NCBI RefSeq assembly: GCF_000181795.1
Contig: NW_003526947.1
Coordinates: 763,964-783,963, forward strand
Source: Trichinella spiralis
Lineage: Eukaryota
Direction: 5' to 3'
DNA length: 20,000 nt
Shown here: positions 10,691-20,000 of the stretch, one piece after another
Numbering within the stretch: position 1 is the stretch's first letter
Layout of the letters: each line of letters begins with the position of its first letter
The notes under the pieces: model-generated
Databases searched by the model: none
Told to the model about the DNA's origin: nothing
The model's input: the letters and a program-made list of their open reading frames with translations, nothing else
Program-made: the position numbers and the translations under genes

Positions 10691-12314
10691 TTTTCATAAC
10701 TGTGAGCTGTAACTTATTGTGATGTTTATTAATCGGTGTAGTTTATTGTAATTATAGAATGTCTCACCCTAAGTAAAATATGTGATTTTAGTAAATTGTA
10801 TAGCTTATCACGTTTGAACATACTATTAGCGTAGGAACGTTTAAACATCACAAACAATGTAATCAACAGTTATCAGAGAGTAATGCTACTAATGGAGATA
10901 TTATTGTTTTACTATACATATAATTTCCTCTTTTTGAGATAAATTTTGTAATGCAAAACTATAATTCAGGTTCTCTTAAATTAAGAAGACATAAACATAG
11001 TATGGTTGTAAGAAAATAATTAGCTTTGGTTATGTGCAATAGAATAATTGTAGATAACGGGTTTTTATATTTTATAAATGGAATTTGAATCTCATCAATG
11101 CATGCTAATGTATGCCGTGTTGGAAAGCAGTACGGTAAACGGAAGCTTTATTAGATAATATAGTTTTTAAATAGTCTAGAAATTTATTGAAAATTAATTA
11201 GAAAATTTAAAATACAACGTTAGTGCATTACTATGACTTTTCATTGCTAATTAATAAGTTAAACTGCACTGCTTAGAAAATGGCATTCTTTTTTCAGTTT
11301 AAGCGACTGTTGCAACTTTTCATATATGTTTGAAAAACATTGATTAGAATGCTTCAAACAATGGAATAGCAAAAATGGGATGTAATGTATTACATTAGAA
11401 ACTAATAAGATGTTCTAATTCCGTAATTGTAACTAATCGTCAAATATTTCTAAACTAATATAATATTGCGTAAGTACAAAGAAAAGATTCATTGCAAGAA
11501 TTTTTTTGTTATTGTATCGAATGTATTGCGATTCTACTAATTTATCTTTCTTGACGATCAATTGAATGGAATTCCTGAAATTATTACTGCTAAATGACCA
11601 CTATCTCCTGTGAATCAAAAATTATGCGTTCAAAATGTTTGCCTTGCAAAAAGCAAACATTTCACACATTGCGGTCCCAACTACCATCTATTTCACGCAA
11701 TAACCTTCAATTAATATTAAATGCATGGTTATTTGAATTTACCATCGCCAAGTAATAATGACAGAACTGCCATTTGCATAATAAGTATTTAATGTAGCTG
11801 ACCGCGGTGAAAATTGATTTGAAATGCTAAGAAATTGAATAATTTCACAATTCATGTCAAATCATTGGGCTCAAGCATGGTATTTGTTCGAATCTTTCGA
11901 GAAATCCTCCAGTTTTTACGGTGAAACATATTCCATGCTTCACAGAAACTACAGCATATTGTAAAATAATTTTATGATTAGTGTAAGCAACTGAGTGCCA
12001 CTTTTACGTATGGAAATTTTCAATAACCCGCAATCGATGGCATTTTGAGATATTTGATAAAGTTGCCGGTTTGAGCATTTGAAATTTATAGAAAAAAACG
12101 ACTGCCATATTGCACGAAATAGCTTTCTAATGTGATAATTTTGAATAATTCTCATCTTCGAATTGTATTAAGTCAAAAGAATTCAGTAAACAACGGATTT
12201 TGTTTTTGAAAGTTATTGTTTTTTAAATGAAAATAAGGAACAATTCTTATTAAAATCGATTCCTTTTTTCGGGTGAAAACATTCATAATTTTGTTCATAA
12301 CATTGATAATGAAC

Positions 12315-12471
12315 TCTGTAAAATATTTGAATAACAATTAGAAACTATTTGCCATACTCAATTAAGTGTTCAATTTCAATTTTGCAATTATCAAATTTGA
12401 ATTTGAAAAATAACTTCTACTCTAATTAATTTAACACTATGAGTGTCACTTTAAACAAGTGAGTGTCATTT
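12315..12471 (+). repeat. Diverged ~155-bp direct repeat, copy 1 (copy 2 at 13444-13600)
   Basis: tctgtaaaatatttgaat(a/g)acaattagaaactattt...aattaagtgttca...ttttgcaattatcaaatttgaatt...atgagtgt(c/t)actttaaacaagt is present twice, 1129 bp apart, with scattered substitutions. Confidence 0.92.
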
Positions 12472-12600
12472 GAAAATTAATTTTTTCAATAAAAATAGCC
12501 ATAAATGCGGATAATGAAAAATGTTATAAGGCATTTTTATTCCATTCCTACTGGCAGGTAGAATGGTTGATTGTTCTTCATCTACTGCCGGCCGATATAG

Positions 12601-12720
12601 CAAAATCAGCACGCCTAGAAGGGGTCAGAACGCGTAGTGTACAAATACACTAAAACCTATGTTGCCTACTGAATTAGCCTGAAAGCGGCTGAAAATAACA
12701 AAATCAGCACGCCTAGAAGG
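12601..12720 (+). repeat. Perfect 22-bp direct repeat CAAAATCAGCACGCCTAGAAGG at 12601-12622 and 12699-12720
   Basis: Identical 22-mers 98 bp apart. Confidence 0.9.
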
Positions 12721-13443
12721 CATTCAGTTCTAACCCCAATGGTCAGCTGAGTATTGCAACCAAAATACAAGGCTGCAATCTCGAAAATGTGCAGCAGAAT
12801 TAGATAATAAAGTAAAGACAAATGAAAAGACATTTGATTGTGCCAAGTGGAAGATAAATTCCACTTTTATAAAGGCGTTAAAGCTATATATTTGCTATAT
12901 AATTGCGCTTCAACTGAGCATTACAGATATAAAAGTGAAAACAAGACAGCTACTGAATGATTAATGTTGGAGTTGAATAAAATATTATGTGACAATTTCA
13001 GACGATAGCTGTGGTGAATAAAATATAAATTACTGTTGAAACTGAAAGATAAGTTCAATTTTGGCAAGATTACAATAAGCAAGAAAGTGGTCAGCATTGC
13101 TCGCTATCAATGGCAAAGAACAACACAATTTTAATTTCTTTTTTCTTTCCCACCCCCTTTAAAAGCTAAATTACAAAAATTTGATTGTCTAGTTCAAGTA
13201 CTGTACTGTACTTGTTATTTGAATAAACAGGACTTGCTGCATTTGAAAAGAGTAATGTAATAAAGGTCAATTTTACGATAAATGATTGATTTATCCATGC
13301 ATTAGATGTATGAAGAATAGAAGAAAATTGTAAGAAAAGAAGAAAAAGAAAAAAGTACTGTTATTTGAATGGTTTCATGGCAAGTTTATGCAAATATAAC
13401 AGTTGAAGAAGTATGTATTGATGAGGAAATTGAGAAAATTAAT

Positions 13444-13600
13444 TCTGTAAAATATTTGAATGACAATTAGAAACTATTTCCCATACACAATTAAGTGTTC
13501 AGTTTCAATTTTGCAATTATCAAATTTGAATTAAAAATAACTTCTGCTCTAAATAATTAAACATTATGAGTGTTACTTTAAACAAGTCAGTGCTGTCATT
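13444..13600 (+). repeat. Diverged ~155-bp direct repeat, copy 2, ending ~115 bp upstream of the microprotein ATG
   Basis: Aligns by eye with 12315-12471. Confidence 0.92.
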
Positions 13601-13714
13601 TAAACAAGTTTGAATGTCATATTGTTTAAACACTTTAAAGCATGAGTTACGTCTTGTATGCCGCGTTCTTTAGTTCTTATCAAAGTTCGAGCTTGATAGT
13701 TGCATTAAATTGCG

Positions 13715-13945
13715 ATGTGGAAGGAAGGTACTTTCGCGCTTTTCGTGCTTTCCGCTTTGTGCGTGTTGGTCGCATTTGGGTATATGATTTACAGAGCAGT
13801 AAAGTTGGGGAAGAAGGAAAGAAAAAAGAAGATCCAGCAGACAAAGCAAAACGTGAATAAATTCCTTGACTTGCTACCACCACCGGGACAGACGGCGCCG
13901 TTGGACAGTGAAATTCTTCAACAAATGCTTGAGCAGTCGTCATGA
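13715..13945 (+). CDS. 76-aa single-pass transmembrane microprotein of unknown function (intronless)
   Basis: MWKEG-TFALFVLSALCVLVAFGYMIY (hydrophobic ~21 aa)-RAVKLGKKERKKK (positive-inside)-...LLPPPGQTAP... GC is elevated relative to the flanks, and AATAAA lies at ~14043 downstream of the stop. Confidence 0.7.
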   Translation: MWKEGTFALFVLSALCVLVAFGYMIYRAVKLGKKERKKKIQQTKQNVNKFLDLLPPPGQTAPLDSEILQQMLEQSS

Positions 13946-14375
13946 AAGCTGATTCGAACAGCAGCACTGTATTTATTATTCGCTTTTATAAATAATTTCA
14001 ATAGAAATGTTGTTCTTTGTTTTAATGTCAAAAATTTTTGAAAATAAAATTTGCTATATTTTGTATTGTTTTCAAATAGATTTAATGGAAATTTTCAAAT
14101 TTGTAAGCACTGCTATATACATTTTTGCCTTAGAATTAGCAGTTTTTGTGGTTAGGGCTTAAAAATGAAAATCCAGTCGTTGAAACGGCAAGAAATGGGA
14201 AAATATTGTTACACAGCTTAATCATTTCCTTTCTAGCGCTGCTTTGATAGTTAATTTTTGAAATTCAGCTGTTGCTGACAATTCTCTTTTTGCATAAATC
14301 AACCTGACGACACACACGTTTATCCAAACGTTCTTGAATTTGCTTATGAATCTTCATTGGCAAAANNNNNNNNNN

Positions 14376-14935
14376 AGTTGGGGAGAAGGAAGAAAAAATA
14401 AGATCCCGCAGACAAAGCAAACGGAGTGAATCCTTGACTTGCTGACACTACCGGGACAGACGCGCCGTGGGACAAGGAAATTTTCAACAATGCTTGAGCA
14501 GTCGTCATGAAAGCTGATTCGAACAGCAGCACTGTATTTATTATTCGCTTTTATAAATAATTTCAATAGAAATGTTGTTCTTTGTTTTAATGTCAAAAAT
14601 TTTTGAAAATAAAATTTGCTATATTTTGTATTGTTTTCAAATAGATTTAATGGAAATTTTCAAATTTGTAAGCACTGCTATATACATTTTTGCCTTAGAA
14701 TTAGCAGTTTTTGTGGTTAGGGCTTAAAAATGAAAATCCAGTCGTTGAAACGGCAAGAAATGGGAAAATATTGTTACACAGCTTAATCATTTCCTTTCTA
14801 GCGCTGCTTTGATAGTTAATTTTTGAAATTCAGCTGTTGCTGACAATTCTCTTTTCTGCATAAAATTCAACCTGACGAACACACACGTTTATCCAAACGT
14901 TCTTGAATTTGCATATGAATCTTCATTTGTCAAAA
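14376..14935 (+). repeat. Near-identical second copy of 13803-14365 across the 10-N gap (14366-14375); probable assembly overlap artifact
   Basis: The central ~400 bp look identical. Indels are confined to the ends adjacent to the gap (start of copy 2, end of copy 1), as expected for low-quality contig ends. Confidence 0.9.
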
Positions 14936-16826
14936 TATGATGTTATTTCTCATCAACAAAATTCATTATAAAAATTGAATTATTGTATTACGTTTATAAT
15001 TTAATTATCAACACTTCAGAAGCATTTGTTTTATTAAAATTTGCATAATTTCAAAATCATGGCACAACTAATGATATTACGCTTTACTATCATTCTGTGA
15101 AAACTCTATTATTCAATCGACGTGCATAAATAGATGAACAGTTAAATGTTTTCGACTGCTTTTCGATAAGATGATTGAATTTGTGCTTAGGTGGTGTTAA
15201 AAATTTTCCGACTTAATTTCTGATGGCTATTAACAACTGTCTTTTGTCTGCTTTTTGGGACAAGCAAATTTCCTTTCTGTTAATATTTTATCGTGTTGAG
15301 CTATTTAATAGTTGTCAAACGTTCATTAATTCCGCTTCAAGGATAGCAGAGGTTAGTAATTAGATAGATCAGCCCAATTATGCGATAGGCAGAAGAATGA
15401 CTCTTTCGCATTTTCCATATGCAGCTAATTGAAGATGAATTCAAGTACCACAAGTGACGTGATTGAAAAATTCTGAACAAGCAAAATGGTAATGTATTTT
15501 GTTTAAAATATTCTATTGATTTCTCATCATGCACGTGGCTATTTCTTACGGCATGGAAAGTTACATGGCAGCACTCTGAATTCCTGCTTTAAATTAAAAT
15601 TAATTGTTTTATTGTACATTTTCTGTGAAATGTATTCCTTTTTTGAAAGAGCCATTTTTGAATCTTAAGTATGAAACATTAAAAAGTAATTTCTTATTTC
15701 TGAATAATTTTTCACAAGGGTTTAGATTTTCATACTTAAGCAGGTTAAAGTGCACTTGACTTGCATTATAACTAAATAGTAGATTTTCCTTCATCAGACT
15801 TTAAAATACGAAATGATAAATAATGCTAATGCTTTGATACTTTGCGTAAACATTGATAATTTATGACTATTTTTGCAGTGATTTTCGATTTTGCACGTTA
15901 TATGACAGTTTTGAACTTTGAAGATACATGAATTGCCGATTATAATGGTTAATAGAAATATTTGATTGCTTCATCAACTCGAATTATGTTATCCGAAGGC
16001 AAATTGAAATGAAGCTTGTTTCCCTGACATCGAAATGTATTTGTGAGATCTCGCTATTTGTTTGCCTTTCTGCTAACATCCACCAAAATTATGTCGGCCC
16101 AGCGGCGTGAACAATTTAAGTAGTACTTGTTCACCAATTCATTTCATGGAAAACTCTATGTAAGTGCTATGCAATCACTTTTGCGTCATTCGTAGAAATA
16201 ATTTTTGGCTAACGGTATGCTGAGAGTGAATGGTGGTGCGTTTTCAATGGAAAGACGGTCGTAGGTCCTTAAATTAGATATGATTTTTTGTTCATTTTAT
16301 TATAATTTCTAGAAATTTTTTGTCGTGGTTTGGAATTGCATATAAAAAAAGATGGATCTCAACCAAAAGGAGACGCTAATTTAGTTAAGTCTCATTTTTC
16401 TTCACTTATTTCGTTTTTTTTACCGTAATGCAATTTCTGAAATTTCACGTCTAAGATGACAAGCGCTTTATTAGGAAAATTTTATAGATGTATAATAGTC
16501 AAAATATTATATTATAAATGAGATATGTGCAAAATGTGTCAATGTTTACGATTAGCAGCAATTAAAATTTCAGTTTGTCCAGATATTCTTTGTCGAGATA
16601 CTCTACGTAAAGGTTATTCATCTGACGTATATGTAAATCAGCATTTTTTGTTAACTTGATGACATTGACTACAAATGAATTTAACAGTGCCGTCAGATAA
16701 AGTTATCTGAGTTAATTATGTATTGCGTGAAGGCAACAAAAACTTATGCTCCTTTTCAATTAATGAACAATATTCAGTTATCCACCTGATATGTTTTGAA
16801 AGTCTTTAATTTGAACAATTTTTTAG

Positions 16827-17175
16827 AGGGCAGTTTGTTGGCAGTTGCTTTTGATGTTCAGTAATTAGGGTAGTTTATTATGAATGAGATTTATTTGATA
16901 TGTTTTGATATTTTACATTACTGATAATTTTTAATATTTTTAGTAATACTGTCGAGATGAGCCAAGAAAAACAGTTGAGTGTTAATGCAGGTAAATTAGG
17001 GCGAATAACATTACTTTTGCGAATATGCAAATTCAATTTTCCAGAACGCGTTTTGTTACCAGTAGCAATGTGCTTTGCTTGTTTGACTAAAGTGATTAAC
17101 ACATATCCCGGTCTCTCAGTTTATTATTCGCAATACCGAAAACTACTACTGAAGTCCGCTTTTAAACCCTTTTGA
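16827..17175 (+). CDS. Putative multi-exon fragment (16827-16860, 16944-16990, 17045-17175), hypothetical protein
   Basis: Introns 16861-16943 (GTAATT...ttttTAG) and 16991-17044 (CAG|GTAAAT...ttttccAG) join an open frame: GSLLAVAFDVHNTVEMSQEKQLSVNAERVLLPVAMCFACLTKVINTYPG...KPF*. No recognisable family. Confidence 0.3.
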
Positions 17176-17799
17176 TGGCATTCTGGNAGTGAAAACTTGN
17201 ATACTAATATTCACTAATGTCACNNATTCCCTTTTTTGTTTTGCATTCCAAAAGGTATGCATTATAAAAATTTGGCGTATTAAAATTTTTTAATTTTTTT
17301 AAATAAAGTCATTAAATTAAAAGCACGATTTTTGAACTGTTAAATATCAGCATTNGNAAATTCTGATAGAGGTGATATTGACAAAAATTAAATGCATGAA
17401 GATCTACCATCAAAATAATTTAATAAACCAAAGCATTTCCAATTAGTGCTTCATTGAGAAAATACATTTGTTTGTTTTTGATAAATGTGATCATAACTTA
17501 AATGCAGAGAACTAGCATGCATCTGTAAAATTCTGATCATATGAAACAACAGTGTGCTGAAATTTAATTTTGTATTACTAAATTTTTAATTTTGATGTTA
17601 TTTTGCAAATATTTCTAGTTTTTTGCTTTTTTATTTCTATCCTTATTAATCAAATGCTAAAATCCCAGGGCGATTCATGACATAATACATTCCNAATAAN
17701 GTAAACACGTTTGAAATCCGTCAAAAGTTATGCAANAGGGAAGAAGNNNNNNAATGGNNNNNNNNNNNNNNNNNNNNNNNNNNNNNNNNATCTGACNAT

Positions 17800-20000
17800 T
17801 GTTTCTAATAAAATTGATTTTCCACTTTAAAAGAGTTTTCATTTGCGATCATTTATGTTACCTTTGTATTCTGAGTCCAACTGTTAAATTATTCATATGT
17901 TCTGAATGTGCTGTTAACCTTTCCAAAATATTTTCAAATGTTATGCATTTTAATAATATCCATACAATTAATATCGCTACGATGTCACTTTTATATGTTA
18001 TATATGTTCATGTACATTTATACGATAAATGTCCCACCCTCTTCACCTACTCGTAAATCGCAAATTTCTTCGCCAAATTCTCGAATGCGTATTATTGAAA
18101 AATTAGATGTATGTTTCAACCTTGTACAATAATTTGGTTTGCCAATTACTACCGAAACTTATGACCAGTTTTTTATCCCNNNNNNNNNNNNNNNNNNNNN
18201 NNNNNNNNNNNNNNNNNNNNNNNNNNNNNNNNNNNNNNNNNNNNNNNNNNNNNNNNNNNNNNNNNNNNNNNNNNNNNNNNNNNNNNNNNNNNNNNNNNNN
18301 NNNNNNNNNNNNNNNNNNNNNNNNNNNNNNNNNNNNNNNNNNNNNNNNNNNNNNNNNNNNNNNNNNNNNNNNNNNNNNNNNNNNNNNNNNNNNNNNNNNN
18401 NNNNNNNNNNNNNNNNNNNNNNNNNNNNNNNNNNNNNNNNNNNNNNNNNNNNNNNNNNNNNNNNNNNNNNNNNNNNNNNNNNNNNNNNNNNNNNNNNNNN
18501 NNNNNNNNNNNNNNNNNNNNNNNNNNNNNNNNNNNNNNNNNNNNNNNNNNNNNNNNNNNNNNNNNNNNNNNNNNNNNNNNNNNNNNNNNNNNNNNNNNNN
18601 NNNNNNNNNNNNNNNNNNNNNNNNNNNNNNNNNNNNNNNNNNNNNNNNNNNNNNNNNNNNNNNNNNNNNNNNNNNNNNNNNNNNNNNNNNNNNNNNNNNN
18701 NNNNNNNNNNNNNNNNNNNNNNNNNNNNNNNNNNNNNNNNNNNNNNNNNNNNNNNNNNNNNNNNNNNNNNNNNTAAAACTACTGTTGTTCCTAGTTAACA
18801 GTATGAAAGGAATAAATGCAACATGGCATAAAATTGGCATTTCATCTTCTGATTGGACGAATTCTGATTTCAAATCGCAATAATCATAGAGAATACGTTG
18901 AAAAATTTTGCGTTTAAGGGATGCTGTAAGCGATATACAAAAGTCAGTAACAAATTTTATTGGATGAGATGATTTTTTTTGCTCATGCATTTAGAAGTTT
19001 TGAAATAACAATTCACAATATCGCTTTCTTTGCATATTTATTTATTCTGCATATTTTATTTCTCTTGTTTTCCTTCACATTAATATTCCATTACTAATGT
19101 TCCATTTCTTCGAATAATTTATTCTATTACAACTGTAAAGGCATATATGACGAATACGCTACAAGAATAGTTGGACGAAGTTCCTTGTTGTTTTCTAATT
19201 TTTCCGATCATTTCATATCATTTTGAAAGGAAATCGTTTTATCGACCTTTTCGTAAATGTCTTTGGCTACTACAGCGTTTGCTGTTTTACAGCGAAAGGT
19301 TGAAAACTTTCTTTCTGTTGTTCAGATGATGTTCACATTGATAAATGATAGTGCTATTAATTGTTTATTTAGCAACTGACCATTAGTTTTGGAATAAATG
19401 GGCAGTAAACTTGGCGCCTTGCCTATCTTTATTCATAAGAAAGTTGCCCATCTGCATCTTCCTCGATACGGAACCAGGATGCATGATTTTTAGTACACGT
19501 AACATTTTTGACATTTGAGTAAAGTATCCATTCAAAATGCGTTGCGTGATACAATATTTTTTTGTTTGAGTTATCTAATTTTCTTCCTTTTACGTTATAT
19601 CCCTTTTCTTTCATTTCAATTTATGAAGAACAACAACTTTTCAAATCAACAGTCGAAAATATATTGATTTACATTTTATTATATTACATCAGAATTGAAT
19701 AAAATCCCAATAATTTTTATAATTAGTTAAAGTTCCGATTGTGATGATGCCATTACGCTACTAGGACTAATCGTGCAGTGATTTCAGCTAGGGCAATGTC
19801 ATATTCAAATTTTTTCCACTTGACCCTGAATAAAGTTGAAGAATGCAATCCTCATGATTATTCAGTTTTTCAGTGTGTAGAGCAGCAGTCAAGAAGCGCG
19901 CAAAGCTCTTCTTCTCAATACCATCTTCAATTTCAAAGTAAATGATCTTTCATTCCTTGGCTTCCGTTCTGTTCATATATGATTCACAAATGGGAGCAAA
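17800..20000 (-). pseudogene. Degenerate multi-domain pseudogene resembling Trichinella 53-kDa excretory/secretory antigen (gp53); 5' end lies outside the window, interrupted by an N gap
   Basis: Minus frame from 20000: FAPICESYMNRTEAKE*KIIYFEIEDGIEKKSFARFLTAALHTEKLNNHEDCILQLYSGSSGKNLNMTLP*...NGIITIGTL, with in-frame stops at 19952-19950 and 19790-19788 and more downstream. There is a -1 frameshift near 19430 and an intact 66-nt intron at 19315-19380 (GTCAGT...aacAG). Later segments are KGYNVK...FSTFRCK and KRKIFQRILYD...EMPILC. These match motifs I recall from gp53 (PICES..NETEA..FAKY..CLLSIYS..IISIGS; NGYIVK; RKIF..LYD..EMTSLC). The left boundary is approximate. Confidence 0.65.
18180..18773. 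other. Assembly gap (594 N); also a 10-N gap at 14366-14375 and a low-quality N-containing stretch at ~17187-17797
   Basis: Runs of n in the sequence. Confidence 1.

Noticed and set aside
12601..12720. CRISPR-like repeat-spacer-repeat
   Set aside because: Only two copies, a 76-bp spacer, eukaryotic context and no cas genes.
13642..13967. Overlapping ORFs 13642-13860 (+) and 13680-13967 (-), and their copies at 14344-14596 (-)
   Set aside because: Alternative frames of the microprotein locus or of its artifactual duplicate; 13715-13945 has the coherent TM architecture.
7359..15794. Short ORFs 7359-7619, 7658-7864, 9208-9405, 9725-9916, 11949-12155, 15337-15534, 15609-15794
   Set aside because: 60-86 aa with AT-driven composition, no recognisable motifs and no consistent splice structure; expected by chance.
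16107..16134. 8-bp inverted repeat GTGAACAA/TTGTTCAC
   Set aside because: Too short to exceed chance in 20 kb, with no supporting context.
18103..18990. Long ORFs of 219-295 aa
   Set aside because: Their length comes from the 594-N gap; only the flanking segments are real and belong to the pseudogene.
19208..19614. PH/PTB-domain-like reading of FSTFRCKTANAVVAKDIYEKV
   Set aside because: The strand-helix pattern is generic, and the surrounding sequence is better explained by the gp53-like pseudogene.
17700..20000. Stop-codon reassignment or readthrough as an explanation for the in-frame stops
   Set aside because: All three stop types and frameshifts occur, while neighbouring genes use the standard code; this fits ordinary decay.

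Overview
AT-rich (~30% GC by eye) eukaryotic draft-assembly sequence with compact GT-AG introns (mostly 54-80 nt, ...ttttcag/ttttag acceptors) and N gaps. It reads as a nematode genome, most likely Trichinella; this is inferred from intron style and a gp53-like relic. Contents: (1) the 5' part of a 7+-exon mitochondrial ribosomal protein S9 gene (minus, 1-1508, running off the left edge); (2) a multi-exon coiled-coil gene (minus, 2997-4966, probably starting at 6655 via a 14-nt microexon) whose C-terminus resembles the CEP85/CEP85L terminal domain; (3) a long, mostly non-coding middle with microsatellites, orphan splice-competent exons and small repeats; (4) an intronless 76-aa single-pass membrane microprotein (13715-13945), whose apparent tandem duplicate is probably an assembly overlap across a 10-N gap; (5) a stop-riddled, multi-domain pseudogene resembling the Trichinella 53-kDa excretory/secretory antigen (minus, ~17800-20000). 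All homology calls rest on sequences recalled from memory, not on database searches. No prokaryotic systems, CRISPR arrays, rRNA or tRNA were seen.
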